A DNA stretch of 64,000 bases from Raillietiella orientalis (taxonomy: Eukaryota): NCBI GenBank assembly GCA_036172245.1, contig JAYWIR010000002.1, positions 6,696,001 to 6,760,000 on the forward strand, in the 5' to 3' direction. Under the pieces are notes generated by a model, which was given only the letters and a program-made list of their open reading frames with translations, was not told the origin of the DNA and searched no databases. Below are positions 25,469 through 35,600 of the stretch, piece after piece. The position numbers were made by a program, and so were the translations under genes. Positions within the stretch are counted from its first letter, which is position 1. Each line of letters begins with the position of its first letter.

Positions 25469-27722
25469 CGCGTGCAGACGCGCTGCTGAAGAGCTTCCTC
25501 GACCTCATGCTCCCAACCCTCTACCCTTGTTGCACAAATCTGCACCGCTGGATCCGGGAGACAGGCTGAGTGCCCAACTCCCTCCCACCGGACACGGTTC
25601 GCGTTCCCTAGCAAAAAGCACATGACCTGCTGCGCTGCCCCAGCAACTCGTCGCCCGCCACGCTTGAGAACGAAGCCTTCCGAGGTCCCCGGCGCGGGAA
25701 GCAGGTGCGTGAAGCAGCCCCACTCGTTCTGCTCGGAACGCAACTACGCGGCATGCGGGCGGACCGTGCGTCTCGGTTCGTCCCCTCCCCCATCCCCGGT
25801 CCAGGGTGCCGGAGACCTACAGCCGCTTTCGGAAACGCAATGCGCCGCCATCCGCACGGGAACCTCTCACAGGAGAGGGTAACCCGCGACAAGGGAGCGC
25901 AGCAGCGACCACCAGCAGCTCCCGTCCACGCTGTCGCCCGTGTGTCCTCGCTTTCCCGCTTGCTCCCCTACGCGTGCCGTGCCGACGCCGAGCGACGATC
26001 CTCCCGTCTCTCTCAGCGACCTGCCCTCCCGGAGCATAAGGGTCACAAACGACAGCACAGCGACATGTCCTCAGACTGCTCTCCTTGAGGCGCCGCCGAA
26101 CGTCCACCTCTGGGTCCACCCCTCCCGTGCACGCTCACTGGAGAGGAGACCTACGCCGACGGATTCCCACTGAATTCGGTTGCCCACCAGGAAGCCGTCC
26201 ATCCGCACCACCGGAAGAAGCCGCGGATCGTGGCGTTGCGTTCGTCGCTGGAGACTCTGCACTCGTTCGGAAAAAACCCTGGATTCCTCCTCCCAGAGGG
26301 GCTCTTTCGCGACAGGAAACCCCCTGCAGGTGGGGTGGCGGGCCGCGTGCACCATCTTCCTCGCGTCCCTTTTCGGGACCCTCTTCTTTGTTTTCTCCGG
26401 TTGGACGCGCCTCATCAGCTCGCCGGTCGGGCGCCAAGTCCCTGATGACTCACTGAAATCCGAGGTGCCGTCAACGAACCCGGTTTGCCCTCCCCCTGCC
26501 CACCTACAGGCCCGATCTTGTCATCCGCCGATCGGATGCAGGCGAAAGCGTCGTTAATCGCATCCATGGGGACGAAGTGAGGCGCTCGTTGCGATCTCCC
26601 TCGGCGCCCCCTCCGAGGGATGTGCGCCCTCCTCAGGAGAGGGCGCGACTTGGGTCGTCGCTCCGTCCGACTGCTGTGCTGCTTTGCCCCAGGCCGCTTT
26701 GCCCGCCCACCGAACCGGAAGGCTTGGCGACGGAAACGCGGACGCGCCGAAACAGACCAACAGCCTACGGCAACAGCTCCGTCAGCCTCCTGGAGAAACC
26801 CTGGGTCAAGGAGATGGAAGCCATGCTGACCTCTTCCCGACCGCGTTTCGCGGCGCCACGGAACGCCTCCTCTAGCATCACCAAAAGCAGGAAGATGCTC
26901 CTGCGGAGTCAAAGAGTTCCCGCCCGCCGGTGGCAGACACCGGGCTCAGCGCTCAAGGAGAAAAGCATCCTCGGCCGCCTCACGGAGCTATGCCGCGCCC
27001 ACAGATCGGCGCGGACAAGGTGGGCGGACTCTTTCGGCAGCTCCTGGGAAAAAATTCCGCGTCCTGGGCTTGGCGACTTGCGCTTCTGCCCCGCTCCTCT
27101 TCGCTGCCAGCAGGCGCCATTTCGCCGCTCTTGCTCCGGGGTCTTTCAGGAAAAGAAGGGCATCACCACGCCTGAGCGGGGCGGTCCCCAAGGAATGCCT
27201 GGAGGGTTGCGAGTCAGCCCGCAGTCGCGCTCAGCTGAAACGCGGCGGTGGCTGCAGCGGGAGACCAAACGCGCGTTCCAGGGGCGCTGCGAGTTCCCAC
27301 CCGCGATTCCAGGCACCCACCCGGGGAGACGTACACCTTTTCGGGTCCTGCGGGTTGTTTTTGCGCGGGTGGTGCCATGCCACGTGCTGGCAACGGCGGT
27401 CGCCAGAGAGGGAAGGCCCTCCGTCTCTCCATGGCGTTGGTGCGGGCCGCGGCCAAGTGGCGCTGCCCGGAATGGGGAGCACAAGGGCATAGGATTCGCG
27501 CGATTTTTGGGGGAAGCACAAGGGCAACCTGAGATCGGTGGTGCGTGCTTTCCCTCTTTCCGCGTTGCCCCTTCCTTGCCCTGCACGGGTGCCCGGAAGA
27601 GGGCCGCTGGTCGTGGTGAGGCCGGTCCATGCCGTGCATTCACGCATTCCTTCGCTGGTGGACCCCTCCTTCCCATGAGCACCGAGTCCGGTGTCCCCCG
27701 CAAGCAGGCAGGCACTCTTTGA
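25469..27722 (+). repeat. Block A copy 2 (25469-26916) plus block X (26917-27722, decayed integrase-like on minus strand); left arm of the 2-kb inverted repeat
   Basis: 25469-26903 matches 16441-17875; 25723-27722 is the reverse complement of 43451-45450 (matching ORF coordinates sum to 71173 throughout). Confidence 0.95.
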
Positions 27723-27739
27723 GAAGGGAAAATGAAGCC

Positions 27740-28140
27740 GTTACCATGGAGCTGATTGATTGCCCCTTTCGGGGAGCCACCTCTCCAGAGGGTCAGAAGC
27801 GTGCTGCTCCTTTCAGGAAGTCGCCCTGAGGGAAACTGGGAAGCCTGAATTCGGGATTCTTTTCAGAGGAGGAGGAAACTAGGAGCAGTTCCCTTTGCGG
27901 GCTCCCTCTGGAGAAGAAATTCCAAGAGCGGGTTCCTTTCCAGATTTCCTTCGGCGAAGAAACAATGACACAGTTCCCTCCAGCAGGTCTTCTCGGAGAG
28001 AACGAGGAAGAGTTGGTTCCCTTCGGGGTTCCCTTCGGAGACCACGAAGCTGAAGGAAGCTTCCCCGGGAGCAAAAGGAATGCCTTCATCCGGAGCCTTC
28101 CTGGATTGCCATAGGTGGTCCCTTCGGGGTACCCCCTTTA
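27740..28140 (+). mobile_element. 3' body fragment of the SINE-like family
   Basis: Colinear similarity to ~45800-46250, e.g. TTCCCTTCGGGGTTCCCTTCGGAGAC, TTCAGAGGAG and CCTTCCTGGATT. Confidence 0.65.
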
Positions 28141-28479
28141 GTGTGAGAAGTCAACATGCACCCTCGGGTGGCGTAGACAGTGTGGAAGGCGGAAAGCGGG
28201 ATCTGCACGAAGGGAAAGGCGTCACCCGGGAGGAAGGTCGAAGGTGCAGTTCCCGGAACGGGAGAGGGCGTCTGCCGGGCGTAGGAGCGCGTGAGATGTG
28301 GATGAAGAAAGAAGCGCAGGGCGAGCAGCCCGGAGCGATGGTGACTGGTCGGCTTCGCGTCGAATCGCTTGGAGTCTCCAGGAGGTCAGGGGCGAGGTCG
28401 CCAACCACACGTTGCGATGATCGCGGGGAGACGCGCACAGATTCTTGATGAATGAGCGACGGAGCAACAGCCTGCTGGA

Positions 28480-29740
28480 CCAGTGTGGCTCCCTATCAGC
28501 GGCGATCTGGCTTCAGCCGTATGCTTTTGCCATGAGTTTTCTGGAAGCTGCGATCTGATTGCGCCGCTTTCCAAGGAAACTCACTTATTGCCCTGGGGTC
28601 GGGGGAAGTGGAGGGACGCCGGAGATCATGGAGAGAGCTGCGGGTGGGTACCTGCTCCCGGCACTAGACCGGGAGCTCCTCGTCCCGGGCGACGCAGAAT
28701 CCGCTCCATCTGGCTAGAGTCTTCAGGCTCGGAATTCCGGCAGGGAAGGGGGAGGGGCTTCCTTCGAGACCGGCGCGCGCGCGCCCAGCCTCCCTCTCTC
28801 GCAGAGATTTAAATCGGTCCTCTGCAGAGCATTGTTCGGAGATCCCCGAGGCTCGATCGCTTGAGTGCTTTGGCGCTGAGGTCACTACGTAAGCTTGGAA
28901 TTTTCCCCTTACTGCGTCTCGGGTCATGCCCAGGGTCGCCCTTCTTGGAAAGCAAAATGAAGGGGCGACGGAAGGCGGAAGCCTCTTCAGAATTCGGCGG
29001 GACGGCGAAAGATGGCGGGCACAGAGCCGAGGGCAGGAAAACACCGCCCATCTTTGTGTTCGCAAGTTGTGCCTCTTATCTCGCCACCTGTGGCAAACTC
29101 TCCCCCTGCAGCCGTTCCATCCGGAAGGAGGGTGGCGCAGATGCTCCCCATGGTTCCTCCTAAGCGATCCCGCGAGCTTCGAAGGGTCGCGAGTGTCTTG
29201 GGTGCCGGGAGCGCGCCATACGGAAGGGATTGACCTTGACCAGAATTCCTCGCCAGCCGCTCGCGGCCGGGGATCCAAGGAGACGGTGGGCTCCTGTAAG
29301 GACCAGGGGAGAGAACTCTCCTCGCCTTCTCCTGCGAGTGGGTGCGGTTCAACGGGGGATCCCAGGTCGAAAAGCTCTGACCCGGGGACAGGAAGGTCGA
29401 GAGAGAAGCTCTCCAGCGGTGCTCGGAATCGGATGCCCAGCAGTGACCTCTTATCATGAGCGTCCATCGTCCACCCGGTTGCCTTCCTCCCCCTCCTCCT
29501 CCTCCTCCGCCACAGCATCATCAGCAGCGGCCATCCGCCGTTTCCGCTGCGGTTCTTCCCTGAAGGAGCAGCCGGAAGTACAAATCTCTCGCCGCCCGGA
29601 CGGCCGATCCCGAGTATTCCCTCTGGAGAAGACGCCGTGCTGTAGGGCGTCTTTTGCTCTGGAACGCTCTGGTCTGCGTGCTTCTGCCAGGGACCGCACG
29701 GAAGCTGGGAGCGGGCACATGTTGGGCTTAGGGTGCTGAA
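28480..29740 (+). mobile_element. Decayed LINE APE endonuclease region
   Basis: CDLIAPLSKETHL (DIxxLQETH-like, ORF 28483-28812) followed by GRG, LGIF and VPSGRRV remnants in APE order. May be the 5' part of the element ending at 33430. Confidence 0.45.
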
Positions 29741-31959
29741 GATCAACACCCTCGCTGAGACTTCTGCCAAAAAAAAAAGCCTAGAGAGGGCAAAGAGGGA
29801 AACGCATGTGCGCGCCTCCCTGACTGGGGTTGGCGCACATACGTGTCCCTCTCTTCATTTCGCCCGCTCAGCCGCCCCTGTCTCCTGCCTGTTCTGGGAA
29901 GCGAATGGTCAGGAAGGAGGAGGAGGAAGAGGAGCCCTATAGTCCAGGAAAACTGGCTCAGGAGGAGGGGAAATGGATGCAGGGATGACTGCAGATCTCC
30001 AGAGGGAATCTGTCTCCCTCTTTTCTTCGGTCTGTGCGGGAGCAACCACGGGAGCCGAGAGAAGTGTCTCGCCCGAGGGAAAGAGCTGCAGTCCTTCCGG
30101 GATCCTCTTCGCGCGAGCGGAAGGGGGACACCGAGGAAACGAGAAGTCTCCGGGACCCGGAAAAGAGGAGAGGAAGTCGAGGAGAAGGGGAGAGGAGGCG
30201 AAGTACCTCGTGCTGCCTTGTCTCCGCAGCAGTCTCGCGTGCGGCAGCCGGCGGAGTTGTCGGAGAAGGCGCGCCACACCTTGACCTTGACCGTGAAAAT
30301 GCGTTCGAATGCCTCCAGTGACGACGCTTCGCATCATCCGAAATGGAGGTGGGCTGAGAAGGACCCATTGACCTGGTGGCTCGCCTGCTCGCGGAAGGAG
30401 ACCGCGCTCCGGCCTCGTCCATGGCGTTCTTCTCCAGTGCCAGGGGGAGGAGAGGAGGGAAGAGCAACGCGCATCGTCTGCTGCCACAGTCGGCTCAGTC
30501 ACCTCTGGGTACCGAGGGAATTCTCCTCCCTCCTCCTCTTCTCCCCGAGGGAGATGACAGAGGCGCTCTTTTCGCCCGGCAGATGCCGCTGCCGCCGCGC
30601 CAGCACGGGGGTGCGCGCGCGCGCCTTCGTTTATTCAGCGGAGCTTCGGGTGAAGCTGCGTCGGCCCTAGGGAGCACCCCCTGCAGAGAAATAATGGAGC
30701 CAAGAGGTCGTTGAACCCCCTCGAAGCATCCCTGCAGGAGGGCGGCGCCGACTCCCAGGTCCGAGGTGACTTTGCTGGTCAGCGCCAGGAATGGAAGCGT
30801 CCGTGGGGATGAAGACCACCTTCCTTAGGCGGAAACCTAGTGAATGTGGAGGCATGGGGCTTCTTTCCAGGACGGTGGGCGCGTGGAGATCCGGGGAGTC
30901 ATGTGTCTTCCCTTGAGGAGGATCCTCCCTTGAGCCGAATGCGCTCTTCCTCTGCTTCTCGACTTTTCCTTTCCCTGCAGGCCGATGCTAGCGCCACCGG
31001 CAGCGGGCCGCCTGTGTCTCGGGAGTGCAGGCTCCTTCCCTTTGGGGACGTCCCCTCCCTCGCGCGTATCAGCGAAAAGCCCTAAAGGGACTGATTCCAC
31101 CTCTTCGCCCCTCCCTTTCTCCTCCGTAGCCTCTCGTCCGCAAGAGGAGGGAAGGGTAAGGTCACCTCCAGCGGGCGGCGTCTTTTCGGAGACGCCCGCT
31201 GTGTACGCGCGAGCGGGTGCGGCGGACCCGTCGGTAGCAGGGCCCGAGGCGGAGCTCACTTCCTCCAGGGACGAGGGAGGGCCCTCTGCGGACGCTCGGG
31301 CGGTCCTTCCGAGAGTCGTCCTGCCGACCTCGGCACGGCGACCTTGGAATGCGGTGAGTCGTGGACCGACCCTCCCTGCGGCCAAAAGTCGGAAGCCTCT
31401 CGAGCCCCGGGGAGGTCCGCCGTCCTCGAGGCGCTTGGCGAAGCCACCGGCGGCAGAAGGGGTCTTAGAGGTGGTGGCAGCGATGTCCGCTGCTCTTCAT
31501 GTCTCTGACGTCCTCGTTCTTGGGCGGGACACCCGAAGGACGGCGCAAGAGATGAGCCGCGGGCCCCTCTCTGCCCCTCCCCCTCTGCTTCCCCTCCGCT
31601 TCCGCTTCCTCTCTGTCGGAGCTTTCGATTCCCTTGGTTTCGCCCGGCCCCGCTGAGCCCCGACCTTGGGAGCCTCCCCCCCCTCCGCCCCGCAACTCTT
31701 CCCTCCCTTCCTCCTCCCTCCCTGAGACCTTCGCGACGGAACAGCCGCCCCCTCGACGCTGGCGTAGGGCTCCCCCGCGTTCGCGCGCTCTCTCGAGAGG
31801 CGCCCTCCGGGAGCGCGGAGAGACGTCTCACAAGCGGGCGGCAGCGAAGGGCGGGAGGCGAAGGGAGAGTGAGGCCGCTGTGACCACTCGAAGGTGAGAC
31901 TCTCGGAGGAGTCTCCCGCCGGGATGGCCACCTTGGGGCATGGGGAAGGCGGGAAGAAA

Positions 31960-33430
31960 GGTTAGGATAGAATGGTAGTACCGATCATCCCTTGGCGTTT
32001 CCCGACAGAGCTTGGGACTGCCATCTCGTCCGCCCGGGGAGAGAGGAGCGAGGAAGGGGTCCTTGAAGGAGCAGACAATGGGGGTCCTCCTCCTGGCTTG
32101 CCCGGACCGCGACGCGACCGCTGCAAAAGGACCAAGGCTGTCGGGAGACGCGTCGACCGAAGGTTTTCCAGATGTTTCAGCGGAAAGGGGGAAGAGGGAT
32201 GTGGTAGAGAAGGAAGGGGGAGGGAGGAGGGTGCTACCCGCTCCTTCTAGAAAGTTTTTCAGAGAGGCCTCATTGCGGCCTTCAGCTGCGTCGTATGGTT
32301 ACATTGCTTCAGAAGGACGCTTGGATCTCCTGTCTCCCCGCGAACTACACCGCCTGGCTACGGGAGTCAGTTTCCGCGTGGGGAAAGATCCACGTTCCGA
32401 GCGACGCGAACCACACCTGTCTCCAGAGAGGGAGGCACGCTAGCCGGACCCTGAAGGAGATCGTTCAGAGCCCACAGCATCTGCTGTGGGCCTCATTTAC
32501 CCCCCTTGCCTCAGTGCTGCCCTCTTTGAAAAACGTTAGGGACAGCGGCGGTCCGGCAAAGTGGGAAGTGACCTGCCTCATCGATGGCAGGAAGAAACAG
32601 TTACACGCGTGGACATCTCGGCAGCTAGCGGACGCAGCGACCCCGATTGTCCCGCCAAAAGGACTTTTACGCTGGGGCGAGCGGTCTCGAGCTACCTCCG
32701 GAGGAGGTGAAGTGGCCCCCAGAGTGTTGGAACTGTGGCACCCTCACGTGGCAGGAGGTGGCGTTGCTAATGTTGCATCGGGGAATCCCATGCAAGACAC
32801 GCCTCTCTTACTGGACATTTGGTAATGTGGATGCCCTCTGCGAAAGATGCGGGGAAAAAGAGACTTTGCCGCACCCACTGTTGGACTGTACCGCCCTCCA
32901 ACCACTTTGGGATCGTCTATCGAGCATCCTGAATATTCAAGGAGGCGGTTCCAGGGACATTTTTGGGCACCTCTTTACGCGTGCCGCCCTGTCCTCGGCC
33001 GCGTGCATAGCAGTGCTTTGCTGTATTCGCGGAATCGTGGCGGCATGGAACGCATCCAGAAGAAGCTAGAATGGCAGGTATGCCATCCACTGGACCCGGA
33101 TCTTTTTGGAGACCGCATCTACATGGCCCCACCTGAGCAATGTAAGGACGTAGCTTGTTGCTATCCTCAACAGGATCTAGAGGACGTATCCGGACAAACA
33201 GTGATCCCTTCCCCGCCCTCCCCTTCCCAAGAACATTTCCCACCCCTTTAGTTTTACTTTTCGTTTTTTTTTTTTGTTTTTCCCTTCCCTTTCGCCGCGG
33301 AACGAACCTCGACGGTCTTTGGCCCGGTGACCGACAGGCTGCTGTGACTTGGTGAACCGGAAGGTTCACCACGGAAAAAATTCTGTGAACTTCTATTCTT
33401 AGAAAATAAACGCCCCGGCAAATCCGGGTA
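31960..33430 (+). mobile_element. L1/Tx1-like LINE 3' part (post-RT region, zinc finger, 3' UTR)
   Basis: LLMLHRGIPCKTRL...CERCGEKETLPHPLLDCTALQPLW (ORF 32647-33069), a T-rich UTR tract, then AATAAACGCCCCGGCAAATCCGGGT. Confidence 0.75.
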
Positions 33431-33439
33431 AGAAAAGAG

Positions 33440-33980
33440 AGGGCTCGCGAAAGTCCCATCCCCTCGTGGGCAGACCTAAATGGAAGCGAAACACATAAGG
33501 GGAGGGGAGCATTCTGCTACTCTGGTCGTAGGGGAGGATAGTCAGGGAGTGCCGCGAGCCAGCTGGACCTCCACCCGCGCGAGGCGTCCAGCCCTTCCTA
33601 TTGGACAGGGTGGGAATAGGGAACTTTCCTTCCCCCGGGTTCGAGCGAATTCTGGCTGGGAGGAGGACTCCGCCTGAGGACCAATGGAGCGAAAAGAGGG
33701 AGGGACGGATGTTCTCCAGGCAGCGAGGAAGATCTTTCTCCTGCACCCACCCTGTCCTCTTGCCACAGTTCTTTCTCTAGAGGACGGGTGGGTACTGTGG
33801 GGAGAAGGGAGGTCGTGTTCCCCCGTCGGGTTCCGGGAACTGCCGCAGGAGGGCGCTCGCGGGTCTGTTCTCTCCGCGCTGAAGGAGGGAGCATCACCTC
33901 CCGGAAGCGCGAGCCGACGGTGGGCTCACGGGCAGGAAGAGGTTCTCCCCTTCGGTCTCTTCTCCCTATCCGCCTTCCCC
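33440..33980 (+). mobile_element. Possible decayed LINE RT fragment
   Basis: SATLVVGEDSQG and LQAARKIFLL at a spacing like RT motifs; weak. Confidence 0.25.
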
Positions 33981-34219
33981 TCCGCCCTGCTCTTCCTTTC
34001 CCCCATCCGACCGGAAGCGGACGCCGGGAGCCGGCGGCGACTCCGTCGATAAGAGCGGCGCCGCTTGCAGCAAGCAAGGATTACCAATTATAATGAGCGC
34101 TCCTTGGCGGGGGTTCGGCCGCCGGGCGGACGGACGTTGCAGCAGAAGGGGCCGGAGAGGAGCAGCTGGAAGACCCGGCCAGCTGTAAACAGCTTGCGCA
34201 ACGAGGACGAGGTCGCGGG

Positions 34220-35600
34220 TGTCTGAGGGCGCCGGGCGTTCCCAGCCAGTCCTCCTTGGCTCAAGACAGGTCTGCGTCCGTTCTACAGCCCCTCCTGTAG
34301 CCGCTTGGGTCGATCCCCCCCGCCGAGGTCGACCCGGATACCCCCTTCAGCAGGGGTGTTTGCGCTTCTCCCTGAAATCCTGTCCCGTTTTCTGGGACGC
34401 GCGCGACGCCAGGAGGTAGAGGAAGAGGACGCCTCTCCCGCTCCTCCTCCCCCTCCTCCCAAAAGGGGTGCCGGAGCCCCCTCTTTCCTCCATTCACGGA
34501 TGCTTCCGGAGCGCTGTGGCGCCGCCGGGCATGCGAGGACCTTCCACGCATTGCTGACGGCGGGAGGTCTTCCCGTCGCCACCCCCTACCTCAGAAGGGC
34601 CGACGTCCTCCCCGCATACTAGCTGCTTCCGATGGGAACCCCGCCAAAGAGCCTGGAAGAAGACCGGAAGGACTCCCGCGACCTACCCTGAGGGCTGAGA
34701 AGCGGAACCCTTCCTAGGGATGATCCAGGTGCCTCCTCGGGCGGCGGGTAGTGGCTGTCGGGAGGCTGTTCGGGTCAGCACCCACGGGAGCACTCGGACG
34801 AAGGAGGGCGGTCGTCTCGACCGCCTCCTCCCCCTGACCACGAAGACCTCGGTTTAGCTGGCTGCTCGCGGAGTCATCCTCCCTTCCCTCCCTTTCTGCG
34901 ACCTAGGAGTGGCCGTGGAGGCAGTTCCGTTTCCCAACTGGGGCTCGCCTCTTTCCTGGAAGAGCCAGGGATGCCGCCACATCCGGATGGTCTCTCTCCC
35001 CGTCCTCTCAAGAAAGGAGGGTAGGGTGAAGAGGCTGCCGCCCTCCCTCCTTAGGATGCGTCCGTCGCCTCTTTCCGAGGTCGTCGTGCCCCCCCTCACC
35101 GTCACCTCCTCGGCCTGCCTTGGGTGTGGAGTGGAGAGCAAGGCGGGTGCCACGGGGCACGGGAAAAGCTAGAAGGTGTCGAGGGGCAGCATCGAGGACC
35201 GGCGCGGCGGCTCCAGGGGAGCCGCAAGTCCCTTTCGTTTCGTCAGGAAGAAGAGGACCAGGGCCCCTTTGCGTCGAGCTTGGAGAGGACACCGGGAAGA
35301 GACCTTCCTTCTCTCCGGTCGAGGCGCGCGCGCTCCAGCTGCTTTTCCCGCTCATTTTCGGGATAGATGGGACGGAGCGGTTCACTGATTGACGCTTCCT
35401 TCACAGCCTCTAAGAGGGGGAGGAGGCAAACCCTCATGGAGTGACCAACTCGGCCGGACTCGAAAAACGGGCTGCAACGGAGGACCCAGGAGTTCCCGCT
35501 AGGCTGCAGGGTGGCGGCGGTGAGAGAAGGAGGAAAAGATGGCAAACCTTTCGCTTTTCGAGCGGTCAACGGCGGTGCTGACCTCTTGGTCGATAGGAAG
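34220..35600 (-). mobile_element. Possible decayed LINE ORF1 / endonuclease start
   Basis: RVCLLPLLEAVKEASISEPL (ORF1-like) upstream of PPGVARV...F...KG (APE GVAIL-like) on the minus strand; weak. Confidence 0.3.

Noticed and set aside
26577..27722. 381-aa ORF and its mirror at 43451-44596
   Set aside because: Arg/Pro/Gly-rich, non-ATG start, spans the junction of two unrelated decayed blocks and is antisense to their retroelement remnants. Its apparent conservation merely reflects recent duplication.
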